Assembly (NCBI GenBank): GCA_963766715.1
Contig: CAVYBH010000011.1
Location: 181,957-245,956, forward strand
DNA from: an uncultured delta proteobacterium
Lineage (GTDB): Bacteria > Myxococcota > Myxococcia > Myxococcales > Anaeromyxobacteraceae
Direction: 5' to 3'
DNA length: 64,000 bases
This document shows, in pieces, positions 1 to 10,256 of the stretch (the first letter of the stretch is position 1; the number at the start of each line of letters is the position of its first letter). Position numbers and translations under genes: made by a program. A model generated the notes under the pieces. That model was not told the DNA's origin. It saw nothing but the letters and a program-made list of their open reading frames with translations, and did not search any database.

Positions 1-111
1 CTCACCGGGGTGGCCCTGGCCGCGCTGGTCGGGCTCTACCCGTCCGAGGCCCGCTGGGCGACCCACGCGGTGCAGCCCATCGAGGGCTCGAAGAACAGGC
101 TGGTGCGATAG
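1..111 (+). CDS. 3' end of an unknown (probably membrane) protein, truncated by window edge
   Basis: Frame 1 reads [36 protein letters not shown]; its TAG overlaps the gatB GTG. Confidence 0.5.
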   Translation, partial: LTGVALAALVGLYPSEARWATHAVQPIEGSKNRLVR

Positions 112-1589
112 TGCCGCTCCAGGACTTCCAGCTCGTGGTGGGCATCGAGGTGCACGCCCAGCTCCTCACCCGCAGCAAGATCTTCTGCGGCTGCTCGACG
201 GCCTTCGGCGGCGAGCCCAACTCGCACGTCTGCCCGGTCTGCCTGGGCATGCCGGGCGTCCTGCCCGCGCTCAACCGGCAGGTGGTCGAGTTCGCCATCC
301 GCACCGGCCTCGCGCTCTCCTGCGACGTGCAGGGGAAGAGCGTCTTCGCGCGGAAGAACTACTTCTACCCGGACCTGCCGAAGGGCTACCAGGTGAGCCA
401 GTACGAGCTGCCCATCTGCGTGGGCGGCGGCGTGGACGTGACGGTCGACGGGGTGGAGCGGCGCATCCGGCTCACCCGGATCCACATGGAGGAGGACGCC
501 GGCAAGAACCTGCACGGCGTGGCCGGCGACGGGTCGTCGGGCGTCGACCTGAACCGGGCCGGGGTCCCGCTCCTCGAGATCGTGAGCGAGCCGGACATCC
601 GCTCCATCGACGAGGCCATCGAGTACCTGAAGGCGCTGCGCGCCATCCTCATGTACCTGGGCGTGAACGACGGGAACCTCGAGGAGGGCTCGTTCCGCTG
701 CGACGCCAACGTGTCGGTCATGCCCCGGGGCTCGACCGTGCTCGGCACCCGCTGCGAGCTGAAGAACATGAACTCCTTCCGCTTCCTGCGGCAGGCCATC
801 GAGTACGAGATGCGCCGGCAGGTGGAGATCGTCGAGTCGGGCGGGAAGGTGCGGCAGGAGACGCGCCTCTTCGACCCGCAGCGCGGCGAGACCCGCTCGA
901 TGCGCTCCAAGGAGGAGGCGCACGACTACCGCTACTTCCCCGAGCCCGACCTGCCGCCGGTGATCGTCCCGGCGGCGTGGGTGGAGGAGGTGCGCGGGAC
1001 CTTGCCCGAGCTGCCCCGCGCGCGGAGCGCCCGCTACCAGCGCGACCTGGGGCTCTCCGCCTACGACGCCGGGCTGCTCACCGCCGACCGGGCGGTGGCC
1101 GAGTTCTTCGACGCCGCGCTGGCGGCGCGCGGGGGCGGGCCGGAGGCGGCCAAGCGGATCGCCAACCTCCTGAACGGCGACGTGGCCCGGCTCGCGAACG
1201 AGACGGGGAAGGCGGCGGGCGCCTGGGCGCTCACGCCGGTGGCCCTCGCCGGGGTGGTGCGGCTCGCCGACTCGGGCGTCATCGGCGGCCCGGGCGTGCG
1301 GCAGGTGATCGAGGAGCTGTTCCGGGAGGGCGGCGACCCCGAGGCGATCGTGGCGGCCCGGGGGCTCGCGCAGGTCTCCGACGAGTCGGCGGTGGAGGCG
1401 GCCGCCGACGCGGTGATCGCGCAGTGCGCGGCCGAGGTGGAGCGCTACCGGGCCGGCAACGAGAAGCTGCTCGGCTTCCTGGTCGGACAGGTGATGAAGG
1501 CCATGAAGGGCAAGGGGAACCCGGCGGTGGTGAACGCGGTCCTCACGCCGGAAGCTGGGGAGCTAGCCATGCCCGGGGCGATGCGCTGA
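111..1589 (+). CDS. gatB: Asp-tRNA(Asn)/Glu-tRNA(Gln) amidotransferase subunit B
   Basis: [49 protein letters not shown] motifs; a probable 1-nt indel near 1548 suggests the true end is ...RKLGS* at about 1566. Confidence 0.97.
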   Translation: MPLQDFQLVVGIEVHAQLLTRSKIFCGCSTAFGGEPNSHVCPVCLGMPGVLPALNRQVVEFAIRTGLALSCDVQGKSVFARKNYFYPDLPKGYQVSQYELPICVGGGVDVTVDGVERRIRLTRIHMEEDAGKNLHGVAGDGSSGVDLNRAGVPLLEIVSEPDIRSIDEAIEYLKALRAILMYLGVNDGNLEEGSFRCDANVSVMPRGSTVLGTRCELKNMNSFRFLRQAIEYEMRRQVEIVESGGKVRQETRLFDPQRGETRSMRSKEEAHDYRYFPEPDLPPVIVPAAWVEEVRGTLPELPRARSARYQRDLGLSAYDAGLLTADRAVAEFFDAALAARGGGPEAAKRIANLLNGDVARLANETGKAAGAWALTPVALAGVVRLADSGVIGGPGVRQVIEELFREGGDPEAIVAARGLAQVSDESAVEAAADAVIAQCAAEVERYRAGNEKLLGFLVGQVMKAMKGKGNPAVVNAVLTPEAGELAMPGAMR

Positions 1590-1810
1590 TGGCCTGGGCG
1601 GGCTGGGGAGCGGGTCCGGCCGGGGCCGGCGCGGCGGGCGGCCCGAGCCGCTGGTTCCTCGTCCTGCTGCTCGTGGCGAGCGTCGGCGTGGCCGTCGTGC
1701 TCCTGCGCGACCGGCACTGGGTCGAGGGAGGCGTGGCGGCGGCCGGAGCCGTGTACTTCGGCCTGCGGGCGTCCGGGAGGCTGGGCGGGCGTGGAGGAGA
1801 TCGATCGTGA
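1589..1810 (+). CDS. small membrane protein (2 TM)
   Basis: MAWAGW...[18 protein letters not shown]...[11 protein letters not shown]; fills the gap and overlaps the mtnA start (GTGA). Confidence 0.5.
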   Translation: MAWAGWGAGPAGAGAAGGPSRWFLVLLLVASVGVAVVLLRDRHWVEGGVAAAGAVYFGLRASGRLGGRGGDRS

Positions 1811-2820
1811 CGGAACGTGAAGTGCTGCGCCCGGTTCGCTGGGACGAGAAGCGCGTCGAGGTGGCCATCCTGGACCAGCGGGCGCTCCCCGCCGTGGAGG
1901 CCTGGCTCGGGCTGCGCAGCGCCGACGAGGTCGCCGACGCCATCCGGACGCTGGCGGTGCGCGGCGCGCCCGCCATCGGGGTGGCCGCGGCCTACGGGCT
2001 GGCGGTGGAGGCCCGGCGCGGGGCTTCCCCGGAGCGGCTGCGCGCGGCGGCCGAGCTGCTGGCCCGGGCGCGTCCCACCGCGGTGAACCTGGAATGGGCC
2101 GTCCGCCGGATGTCGCGGCGCATCGGCGAGCCGTCCGCCGCCATCCTGGAGGAGGCCCACGCCATCCGGGACGAGGACGAGGCCGCCTGCCGCCGCATCG
2201 GGGCGCTGGGCGCGCCGCTGCTCCCGCCCGAGGCCCGGGTGCTCACCCACTGCAACGCGGGAGCGCTCGCCACCGCCGCCTACGGCACCGCGCTCGGCAT
2301 CGTCCGCGCCGCCTGGGAGGCCGGGCGGCTCGAGCACGTCTTCGCCGACGAGACCCGCCCCTTCTTCCAGGGCGCCCGGCTCACCGCCTGGGAGCTGCAG
2401 CGCGACGGCATCCCGGTCACCGTGCTCACCGACAACATGGCCGGCTGGCTCATGTCCCGGGGCGAGCTCTCCTGCGTGGTGGTGGGCGCCGACCGGATCG
2501 CCGCGAACGGCGACGTCGCCAACAAGATCGGCACCTACTCGCTGGCGGTGCTGGCCCGGCACCACGCCATCCCGTTCTACGTGGCCGCGCCGTGGAGCAC
2601 CTTCGACACCTCGCTCGCCACCGGCGCCGGGATCCCCATCGAGGAGCGCCCGTCCGACGAGGTGGTGCGGATCTTCGGGAAGCTGGTGGCCCCGGAAGGG
2701 GTCCCCGCCCGCTACCCGGCCTTCGACGTGACGCCGGCCGACCTGGTCACGGCCATCGTGACCGAGCGGGGCGTCCTGCGGGCCCCGTACGGTCCAGCCA
2801 TCGGGGCGCTGGCGGGTTAA
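1807..2820 (+). CDS. mtnA: S-methyl-5-thioribose-1-phosphate isomerase
   Basis: [48 protein letters not shown] motifs. Confidence 0.96.
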   Translation: MTEREVLRPVRWDEKRVEVAILDQRALPAVEAWLGLRSADEVADAIRTLAVRGAPAIGVAAAYGLAVEARRGASPERLRAAAELLARARPTAVNLEWAVRRMSRRIGEPSAAILEEAHAIRDEDEAACRRIGALGAPLLPPEARVLTHCNAGALATAAYGTALGIVRAAWEAGRLEHVFADETRPFFQGARLTAWELQRDGIPVTVLTDNMAGWLMSRGELSCVVVGADRIAANGDVANKIGTYSLAVLARHHAIPFYVAAPWSTFDTSLATGAGIPIEERPSDEVVRIFGKLVAPEGVPARYPAFDVTPADLVTAIVTERGVLRAPYGPAIGALAG

Positions 2821-2831
2821 GACCCCCGGGC

Positions 2832-3720
2832 GTGCCTCCCAGCGACGGATCCCGACGCAGCCGCGTCACCCGCCTTCCCGGCTCGGGACGGGAGATCGTC
2901 TCGCTCGGCGTCCGGACCACGCCGATCCGGGACCTCTACCACTGGCTCCTCGTCGAGCCCTGGACCCAGTTCTTCGCGCTCGTCCTCGTCGTCTACCTGG
3001 GGGCGAACCTGGTCTTCGCCTTCGGCTACCTCTCCATCGGCGACGGCATCGAGGAGGCGCGCCCGGGCAACTTCGCCGACGCCTTCTTCTTCAGCGTCCA
3101 GACCATGGCCACCATCGGCTACGGCAAGATGGCGCCGCGGGGGCTGGCCGCCAACGTCCTCGTGACGCTCGAGGCCCTCGTCGGCCTGCTCGGCCTGGCG
3201 CTCGTCACCGGGCTCGTCTTCGCCAAGTTCTCCCGGCCGACGGCCCGGGTCCTCTTCAGCCGGAACGTCGTGATCACCCGCTTCGACGGCGCCCCGGCCC
3301 TGCTCGTCCGCATGGCGAACGAGCGCGGCAACCAGATCGCGGAGGCGCAGGCCCACCTGGTCCTGCTGCGCACCGAGGTCACCCCGGAGGGAGAGGAGGT
3401 CCGTCGCATGATCGACCTGCACGCTCCGGCGGAGCCAGTCGGCCTTCTTCGCCTTCACCTGGCTGCTCGTGCACCCCATCACGCCGGGGAGCCCGCTCCA
3501 CGGCGAGACCCCGGAGAGCCTGCGCGAGAAGGACGTCGACCTGGTCGCCTCCATGACCGGGCTGGACGAGACCCTCGGCCAGACGGTGCACGCGCGCCAC
3601 GCCTGGACGCCGGCCGACGTGCTCTGGGGCCACCGCTTCGCCGACGTGCTCGTGACGCTGCCCGACGGGCGCCGCGCCATCGACTACGGGAGGTTCCACG
3701 ACGTGGAGCCGGAGGCCTAG
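2832..3720 (+). CDS. inward-rectifier K+ channel (KirBac-like), frameshifted near 3420
   Basis: AFFFSVQTMATIGYG selectivity filter, KFSRP, ANERGNQI; C-terminal half HPITPGSPL...FHDV is in ORF 3469..3720. Confidence 0.9.
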
Positions 3721-4634
3721 CGCGCGGCCTCGGCCAGGAACCGCTCCACCGCCGGGAAGAACACGTCCGGGTTCTCGCAGAACGGCCAGTGCCCGGCGCC
3801 GGGAACCGCGAGCATCTGCCCCTCCGAGAGCCCGGCCAGCCACTCCCGCTCCACCTCGGGCGGGCCCCGGTCGGTCTCGCCCCAGACGAGCAGCACCGGG
3901 ACGTCGAGGGAGGGCAGCCGAGGCCGCCAGTCCCAGTCGCCGAGCGACGGGTAGACCCGGTCCAGCCAGTCCGGGATCCAGCGCTCGGGGAACTCGTTGG
4001 GCAGGTCGCAGGCGTCGAGCGGGACGAGGTCCACGTTCTCCTTGCGGGCCACCTGCTGGGGCAGGAGGTAGTGGCGCATCCACTCCCGGGCGTAGCTGCG
4101 GGGGTCGGTGCGGTGGACCTTGCCGGCGCGGAGCGCGCCGAGCCGGGTCGAGCCCGGGGGCCGGATCATCTCGCCCAGGCTGGGCATCTCGGACTCGTGC
4201 CAGGGACGGCGGCGCGCCGCGAACGAACCCACCAGCACCAGCGCGCCCACCGCGCGCGGGTGATCGAGGGCATGGAGCAGCGCGACGGCGGAGGCGTAGG
4301 AGTGGCCGATCACCGCCGGGCGCTCCAGCCCCAGGTGGCGCCTCACCGCCTCGAGATCGGACACGTCGAACGAGACCCCGAGGCGCGTCTTGTCCTCGAC
4401 CGGGGAGGAGAGGCCGCGGTTTCGCAGGTCGTAGGAGACGATCCGGCGCCCCGGCGCGAGCGGCGAGAGCGGCCCCGCCACCCAGCATCCGTTGGGCACG
4501 ACGATCGCCGGCCCGGCGGTTCCCCGGACCGAGTAGTGGATCCGGACGCCCGGCTCGACCTCGAGAAATCCCTGCTCCAGCAACGCGAACGCCTCCAGGG
4601 GCGCTACCGTACCCAATCTCGGGAGGATAGGCAC
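3717..4634 (-). CDS. alpha/beta fold hydrolase
   Basis: YDLRNRGLS, GHSYA nucleophile elbow, WGETD and GAGHWP catalytic Asp/His. Confidence 0.85.
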   Translation of the reverse strand: MPILPRLGTVAPLEAFALLEQGFLEVEPGVRIHYSVRGTAGPAIVVPNGCWVAGPLSPLAPGRRIVSYDLRNRGLSSPVEDKTRLGVSFDVSDLEAVRRHLGLERPAVIGHSYASAVALLHALDHPRAVGALVLVGSFAARRRPWHESEMPSLGEMIRPPGSTRLGALRAGKVHRTDPRSYAREWMRHYLLPQQVARKENVDLVPLDACDLPNEFPERWIPDWLDRVYPSLGDWDWRPRLPSLDVPVLLVWGETDRGPPEVEREWLAGLSEGQMLAVPGAGHWPFCENPDVFFPAVERFLAEAAR

Positions 4635-4663
4635 GGTCGCGTCGGGGTAACCTCCGGGTATCC

Positions 4664-4693
4664 TTGACAGGATAGGGGGGGCGATCGTATAGA
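4664..4693 (+). promoter_or_regulatory. sigma70-type promoter of rplU-rpmA-obgE
   Basis: TTGACA (4664-4669), 18-nt spacer, TATAGA (4688-4693) in a very GC-rich background. Confidence 0.6.
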
Positions 4694-4788
4694 ACCGCCC
4701 TTCCGGAAGCCCGGCCCCGTCTGCGCGAGTTCGCGCCGGGGGAGAAGCCCGAGAGCATTCCGAAGTTTATTCGCGAAGGAGCGTCTCG

Positions 4789-5095
4789 ATGTACGCGGTG
4801 ATCCAGACCGGTGGGAAGCAGTATCGCGTCTCCAAGGGCGACAAGCTCCGCGTGGAGCTGCTCGAGGGAGAGGTGGGGAAGAAGCTGGCCTTCGAGCCGC
4901 TGCTCGTCGGCGGCGAGGGCGAGGCCAAGGTGGGCAAGCCCACGGTGGCCGGAGCGGCCGTCGAGGGCGAGATCGTCGCCCACGGGCCGGCACGCCAAGG
5001 TGATCCACTTCCGCAAGAAGAAGGAAGGCTGGACCAAGAAGCGCGGCCACCGCCAGCCGTACACCGAGCTCGTCATCACCGCGGTCCGCGGCTAG
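4789..5095 (+). CDS. rplU: 50S ribosomal protein L21 (frameshift near 4985)
   Basis: [15 protein letters not shown]-terminus; KVIHFRKKK...[12 protein letters not shown] in the next frame. Confidence 0.96.
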
Positions 5096-5120
5096 TCCGC
5101 GCCAGGAAAGGAACCAAGTC

Positions 5121-5378
5121 ATGGCACACAAAAAGGGACAAGGCTCCAGCCGCAACGGCCGCGACTCCGCCGGGCAGCGCCGCGGCGTGAAGATCTACGG
5201 CTCCGAGAGCGTGGTCGCCGGCAACATCCTGGTCCGCCAGGTCGGCACCCTCTTCCACCCCGGGCAGAACGTCGGGATGGGCAAGGACTACACCCTCTTC
5301 GCCAAGATCGACGGCGAGGTGAAGTACTCGAAGACCCGCGGCGACCGCCGCGTCGTCAACGTGCTGCCGAAGGCCTGA
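5121..5378 (+). CDS. rpmA: 50S ribosomal protein L27
   Basis: [16 protein letters not shown]...GNILVRQ. Confidence 0.98.
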   Translation: MAHKKGQGSSRNGRDSAGQRRGVKIYGSESVVAGNILVRQVGTLFHPGQNVGMGKDYTLFAKIDGEVKYSKTRGDRRVVNVLPKA

Positions 5379-5451
5379 GACAGGGCCCGCACCGGCCGTC
5401 GCGAGCGCCGCGGAGCCCAGGGCCCGCGGCGTTCGTCGTATGGGAGGCCAC

Positions 5452-6522
5452 GTGAAGTTCGTCGACGAGGTCCGGATCAAGGTGGAGAGCGGGGCCGGCG
5501 GCGACGGCGCCGTGGCGTGGCGCCGCGAGAAGTTCATCCCCCGCGGCGGTCCGGCCGGCGGCGACGGTGGCTGGGGCGGCGACGTGGTCCTGGTCGTCGA
5601 CCCGCAGATGGCCACGCTGCTCGACTACCGGTACGTCCGCGAGCACAAGGCGAAGAGCGGGGAGCACGGCCGCGGCTCCGACCAGAACGGTCTCTCCCAG
5701 CCGGCCCTCGAGCTGAAGGTCCCCCCCGGGACGCTGGTGAAGGACGCCGGCACCGGCGAGGTCCTCGCCGACATGGGCGACGCCTGCCCGCGCTTCGTGG
5801 TCGCGAAGGGCGGCCGCGGCGGCCTGGGCAACATGAACTTCGCCACGGCCACCAACCAGGCGCCGCGCTTCGCGAAGAGCGGCAAGCCGGGCGAGGCGCG
5901 CGAGCTCCAGCTCGAGCTGAAGCTGCTCGCCGACGTGGGCATCGTCGGCTACCCCAACGCCGGCAAGTCCACCCTGATCAGCCGCATCTCCCGGGCCCGT
6001 CCCAAGATCGCCGACTACCCGTTCACCACGCTGACGCCGAACCTGGGCGTGGTGGGCTGGCGCGGCAAGAGCTTCGTGGTGGCCGACGTCCCCGGGCTGA
6101 TCGAGGGCGCCCACGCCGGGGCCGGCCTCGGGCACCAGTTCCTCCGGCACCTCGAGCGCACCAAGGTCCTCGTGCACCTGGTCGACCCGCTGGCGCCCGG
6201 GGAGGGCCGCGGGCCCCGCGCCGACCTCGACGCCATCGACCGCGAGCTCGCGCTCTACTCGCCCGAGCTGGCCAGGAAGCCCCAGGTCATCGCGGTGACC
6301 AAGATGGACGTCCCCGAGGCGCACGAGAAGCTCGAGGCGCTGCGGAAGAGCTTCGCGCGCCGCAAGAAGAAGCCCCAGATCCTGGGCATCTCGGCGGTGA
6401 CCGGCGAGGGGATGGACCCGCTGCTCGACGCGGTGGCGCAGGCGCTCCGCGGCGAGGAGCCGGGCAAGGAGCGGATGTCGAAGAAGAAGGTCGGCAAGCC
6501 GCGGAAGACGACGGCGCGGTGA
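5452..6522 (+). CDS. obgE: GTPase Obg/CgtA
   Basis: FVDEV, GGPAGGDGG, GYPNAGKST, YPFTT, DVPGLIEGA, TKMD; SD GGAGG before GTG 5452. Confidence 0.97.
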   Translation: MKFVDEVRIKVESGAGGDGAVAWRREKFIPRGGPAGGDGGWGGDVVLVVDPQMATLLDYRYVREHKAKSGEHGRGSDQNGLSQPALELKVPPGTLVKDAGTGEVLADMGDACPRFVVAKGGRGGLGNMNFATATNQAPRFAKSGKPGEARELQLELKLLADVGIVGYPNAGKSTLISRISRARPKIADYPFTTLTPNLGVVGWRGKSFVVADVPGLIEGAHAGAGLGHQFLRHLERTKVLVHLVDPLAPGEGRGPRADLDAIDRELALYSPELARKPQVIAVTKMDVPEAHEKLEALRKSFARRKKKPQILGISAVTGEGMDPLLDAVAQALRGEEPGKERMSKKKVGKPRKTTAR

Positions 6523-7175
6523 GCGACTACCTCCTCCCGGAGCGCAAGGCGCGCATCGACGAGGTGGTCTCGCGCCGGACCCGCACCCTGGTCGTGGTGA
6601 TGGAGGCGTTCTGCGATCCGCAGAACGTGAACGCCGTCCTGCGCACCTGCGACTCCTTCGGCGTGCAGGAGGTCCACGTCGTCGAGGGGCCCATGAAGGG
6701 CTTCGACCGGAACAAGAAGATCTCGCAGAACGCCGACAAGTGGCTCGACGTGACCCGCTGGACGTCCACGCGCGAATGCCTCGCCGCGCTGAAGGAGCGG
6801 GGCTTCGCGATCTACGTGACCTGGCTGGGCGAGGGGACGGTGGGGCTCGCCGACCTCGACTTCGCCGGGCCGGTGGCGCTGGTCTTCGGGAACGAGAGCC
6901 GCGGCGTCTCCGACGACGCGCTGGCGCTCGCCGACGCCCGGTACGCCATCCCCATGCGCGGCTTCTCCCAGTCGCTCAACGTGTCGGTGGCGGCCGCGGT
7001 CAGCCTGGCGCGCGCCGTGGACCGGCGCGAGGCGCAGCGGGGGACCCACGGCGACCTGCCCGAGGTCGAGGCGGACGCGCTGCGCGAGCGGTTCTACGTG
7101 CTGGCCGTGAAGCAGCGCTCCCGCATCGCCAAGGCCGAGGCGGTCGCCGATCGCCGGTCGCGCCAGCGGCGCTGA
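6519..7175 (+). CDS. trmH: SpoU/TrmH family RNA 2'-O-methyltransferase
   Basis: DPQNVNAVLRTCD, VFGNESRG, IPMRGFSQSLNVSVAAA. Confidence 0.88.
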   Translation: MSDYLLPERKARIDEVVSRRTRTLVVVMEAFCDPQNVNAVLRTCDSFGVQEVHVVEGPMKGFDRNKKISQNADKWLDVTRWTSTRECLAALKERGFAIYVTWLGEGTVGLADLDFAGPVALVFGNESRGVSDDALALADARYAIPMRGFSQSLNVSVAAAVSLARAVDRREAQRGTHGDLPEVEADALRERFYVLAVKQRSRIAKAEAVADRRSRQRR

Positions 7176-7281
7176 TCGCGGCTTTCCCGCTCGAAACCCC
7201 CGTCGACGGGGCCGGATCCCGCCTTTCGGGCGGGGTCCGTCCGGGCCCGGGGATTCCCCTTGTCGGGCCGATGTCGGCCAT

Positions 7282-7300
7282 GATAATAGGAATCGTTATC
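7282..7300. promoter_or_regulatory. Fur box-like operator
   Basis: GATAATAGGAATCGTTATC matches the Fur consensus GATAATGATAATCATTATC at 15/19; extended TGATAA...TTATCA dyad; about 60 nt upstream of the porin ATG. Confidence 0.75.
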
Positions 7301-7362
7301 AAGATGACGGAGAGGCCGGAGTGGTCCGCATGGCGCGGGCCCCGCGCCTCCCGGTGGATTCC

Positions 7363-8692
7363 ATGACCCGACACCTCGCGCTCTCCCTCCTGGCGGCCAT
7401 CTCCCTTCCCGCGCTCGCGCAGGAGACCCCGGCGGTCCCCTCCGCCCCCACCTCGACGCCGGCCGCACAGGCTCCCGCGCGGCAGCCGCGCAGACGCCCC
7501 CGCCACCCCTGCCGCCGCGGACGACCGCCCGGTCACGCAGGCCGACCTGAAGGCCCTGACCGAGGAGGTCCGCCGGCTCAAGCTCGAGCTCTCCGTCCCC
7601 GACGTGATCCAGTTCGGCTCCTACTCCGGGGCCGGCGTGGGCGCGTCCCGGGCCCACTTCCAGCCGAAGGGGCTCTCCATCGGCGGCTACGGCGAGGTCG
7701 TCTACACGAACTACGCCGACAACCGCGCCGACTTCGCCGAGGTGCTGCGGCTCGTCCTGTACGTGGGCTACCGCTTCAACGAGATGATCGTCTTCAACTC
7801 CGAGATCGAGTTCGAGCACGGAGCGAAGGAGATCGGCATCGAGATGGCCTACTTCGACTTCATGTTCACCGACGCCATCAAGCTCCGGGTGGGCAACGTG
7901 CTCGTGCCGGTGGGCTTCCTGAACGAGAACCACGAGCCCATCTTCTTCTACGGCGTCTACCGGCCGCTGGTGGACCGCTACATCATCCCCACCACCTGGA
8001 ACAACATCGGCGGCGGGCTCTACGGCGAGTTCGGCCCGCTCCGCTACAAGGCCTACCTGATCGCCGGCCTCGACGTGTTCGGCGACGAGGCGCTCGAGGC
8101 GGCCTCCTGGGTCCGCAACGGGCGCCAGGGCGAGTTCGGCAAGGCGAAGACCTGGGCCGGCGTGGCCAACGTGAACGTGGACGTCGGGCCGGCCACCTTC
8201 GGCGGCAGCTTCTACGGCGGCAACGCGGGGCAGGGCTACACCACCGACCTCGGCGTGAAGGTCTCCCCCACCGTCCTCCTCGGCGAGATCCACGGCCTCG
8301 TGGCCTGGAAGGGGCTCACGGCCCGGGCCCTCATGTCCTGGGGCTCGCTCTCCCAGTCAGGCCAGGTCTCCGAGATCCTGGGCAAGGCCCCGGAGGCCTA
8401 CATCGGCAGCCGCGCCTGGGGCGGCTACGTCGAGGCGGGGTACGACGTCCTGACCCTCGTCGGGTCGTCGATGTCGCTCTCCCCCTTCCTGCGCTTCGAG
8501 GCCCTGAATCCCCAGGCGGCCGTCGAGGGGGCGGGCGTGCTCGACCCCAGCCTGAACCAGCGGGTGATCACCACCGGCATCGACTTCAAGCCCATCCCCC
8601 AGGTGGTGGTGAAGGCCGACTGGCAGCAGATCACCAGCCAGGGTCCGGCCACGCTTCGTCAGTGGGACCTGGGCATCGGGTTCGTGTACTAG
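7363..8692 (+). CDS. outer-membrane beta-barrel/porin with N-terminal coiled coil (frameshift near 7480)
   Basis: Signal peptide MTRHLALSLLAAISLPALA; ADLKALTEEVRRLKLEL coil; IGGYGE, FNSEIEFEH; amphipathic strands; C-terminal LGIGFVY. Confidence 0.85.
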
Positions 8693-8699
8693 GAACGAC

Positions 8700-9254
8700 A
8701 TGCGAACCGGTCTCGCGATGGCCGCGGCAGTCGGGATGCTCTGGGCGTCGGTCGGACGCGCCCAGGCTCCCGCCGCCGCGCCGGGTGGCCCCGACGTGCT
8801 GCGCTCCGTCTTCCCCGAGGCGGAGCGCTTCGACTCGGACGACGTGCTGCTCACGCCGGAGATGGCGAAGCGGCTCGACGACCTGGCCCGCTCCCACATC
8901 CCGGAGCGGATGGTCACGTTCTACACGGCGCGGCGCGGCCCCGCGGTGCTGGGCTACGCGGTCCTCCAGTCCCACGTGGTCCGGACCAAGCGGGAGACGT
9001 TGCTCGTGGCCTTCGAGCCGGACGGGCGCCTGAAGCGGATCGTGGTGGTCGCCTTCCTGGAGCCCCCCGAGTACAAGCCCTCCGAGCGCTGGCTCGCCCA
9101 GTTCGCCGGGAAGGGGCCGGCCGATCGGCTGGCGGTCGGCGACGACCTGGCCTTCATCTCCGGCTCGACGCTCTCGGCGCGCGGCGTCGCCGAGCAGTCG
9201 CGCTGGCTCCTCCAGGCGCTCCGGATGGCCCGGGAGGCGGGGAAGGTCCGATGA
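8700..9254 (+). CDS. exported FMN-binding (flavinylation-target) domain protein
   Basis: Signal peptide; FLEPPEY, WLAQFAGK and ISGSTLS, a variant of the [S/T]GA[S/T] flavinylation motif. Confidence 0.8.
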   Translation: MRTGLAMAAAVGMLWASVGRAQAPAAAPGGPDVLRSVFPEAERFDSDDVLLTPEMAKRLDDLARSHIPERMVTFYTARRGPAVLGYAVLQSHVVRTKRETLLVAFEPDGRLKRIVVVAFLEPPEYKPSERWLAQFAGKGPADRLAVGDDLAFISGSTLSARGVAEQSRWLLQALRMAREAGKVR

Positions 9255-9739
9255 GGTTCCTCGTCCAGCCGGCGCCGGAAGCCCTGGAGCGGGCGCGCCC
9301 GCCGGTGAGGGCCTTCCTCGGCTTCACCGCGCTGCTCCTGCTCGCCTGGGTGGCCTCGCGCGCTGCGCACGGGGCGCTCACGCCGTCGGGACTGGAGCGG
9401 ATCCTGGAGCCGGCGCCGGGAGAGACCCTCGGGCCGGTGGCGCTCTGGGAGGAGGTCCACCAGGGCGCCTTCCTCTACGGGTTCCTCCTGCTCGCCGTGG
9501 GCTCGCTGCTCGCGGTCTGCCCGGTCTCCCGCGCCGTTCGCGGCGCCCTGCTCGGCGTGGCGACGGCGGCGGCGCTCGTCGACCTGGGCGCGCCCTTCCT
9601 GCCGCTCGCCGTTCCCGGCTTCCCGGGCTGGGCCGCGCTTCGCATCGGCGCCTTCCTCGTCGCGGTGGGCGCGCTGCTCGCCATGACCGGGCTCTGCTGG
9701 GCCAGGTTCGGCCGGGAAGCGCGGGTGTCCGGTGGTTGA
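9251..9739 (+). CDS. uncharacterised 4-TM membrane protein
   Basis: Four hydrophobic segments; LWEEVHQGAFLY; ATGA overlap with upstream gene. Confidence 0.75.
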   Translation: MRFLVQPAPEALERARPPVRAFLGFTALLLLAWVASRAAHGALTPSGLERILEPAPGETLGPVALWEEVHQGAFLYGFLLLAVGSLLAVCPVSRAVRGALLGVATAAALVDLGAPFLPLAVPGFPGWAALRIGAFLVAVGALLAMTGLCWARFGREARVSGG

Positions 9740-10256
9740 TCCGCGCATCGGCCGCTTCTCCGGCCCCATCGCGTCCTTCGTGGCCATGGTGGCGGTGGTG
9801 ATGGGCACGGCCGCCGTGCTCTTCGCCCGGAAGATCGGCTTCGACCCCGCGCACGTGCAGGCCTTCTACCTGGGATCCGAGGCCACCTTCGCGCCCCCGC
9901 GCTCGCTGGCCGGATTGCTGGAGGTGGCGGTTCCCCACCTCCTCGCCATCCCGATGCTCGTCTTCGTGACCCTGCACCTGGTGGCCTTCGTGAACCGGGC
10001 GCGGCGGCGCCCGTTCGCGATCGTGGCCGGGATCACCTCCGCCTGCGCGGCGGTCGTCATCGCCGGCGGCTTCGCCATCCGCTTCGCGTGGCCGGCGCTC
10101 GCGCCCCTGAAGATCGCCGCCTTCCTCGGCCTGGAGGGGACGATGCTCGCCTGGCTCGGGCTGCTCGCCGCGGCGATCCTGCCGGGAACGCGCGACGAGG
10201 CGCGCCCCGGCGCCGTCACGGGGTCGGAGGGCGCACCACCTCGAGCCGTCCGCTGA
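9732..10256 (+). CDS. uncharacterised 4-TM membrane protein with two His in one helix
   Basis: FYLGSE, GLLEVAVPHLLAIPMLVFVTLHL; overlaps previous gene. Confidence 0.78.
   Translation: MVDPRIGRFSGPIASFVAMVAVVMGTAAVLFARKIGFDPAHVQAFYLGSEATFAPPRSLAGLLEVAVPHLLAIPMLVFVTLHLVAFVNRARRRPFAIVAGITSACAAVVIAGGFAIRFAWPALAPLKIAAFLGLEGTMLAWLGLLAAAILPGTRDEARPGAVTGSEGAPPRAVR

Noticed and set aside
2832..3720. KirBac channel as a novelty
   Set aside because: Well-known prokaryotic family with an ordinary TIGYG filter
4789..5095. Programmed frameshifting or pseudogenisation of rplU and other split genes
   Set aside because: No slippery sites; indels are scattered across essential and accessory genes alike, consistent with sequencing error
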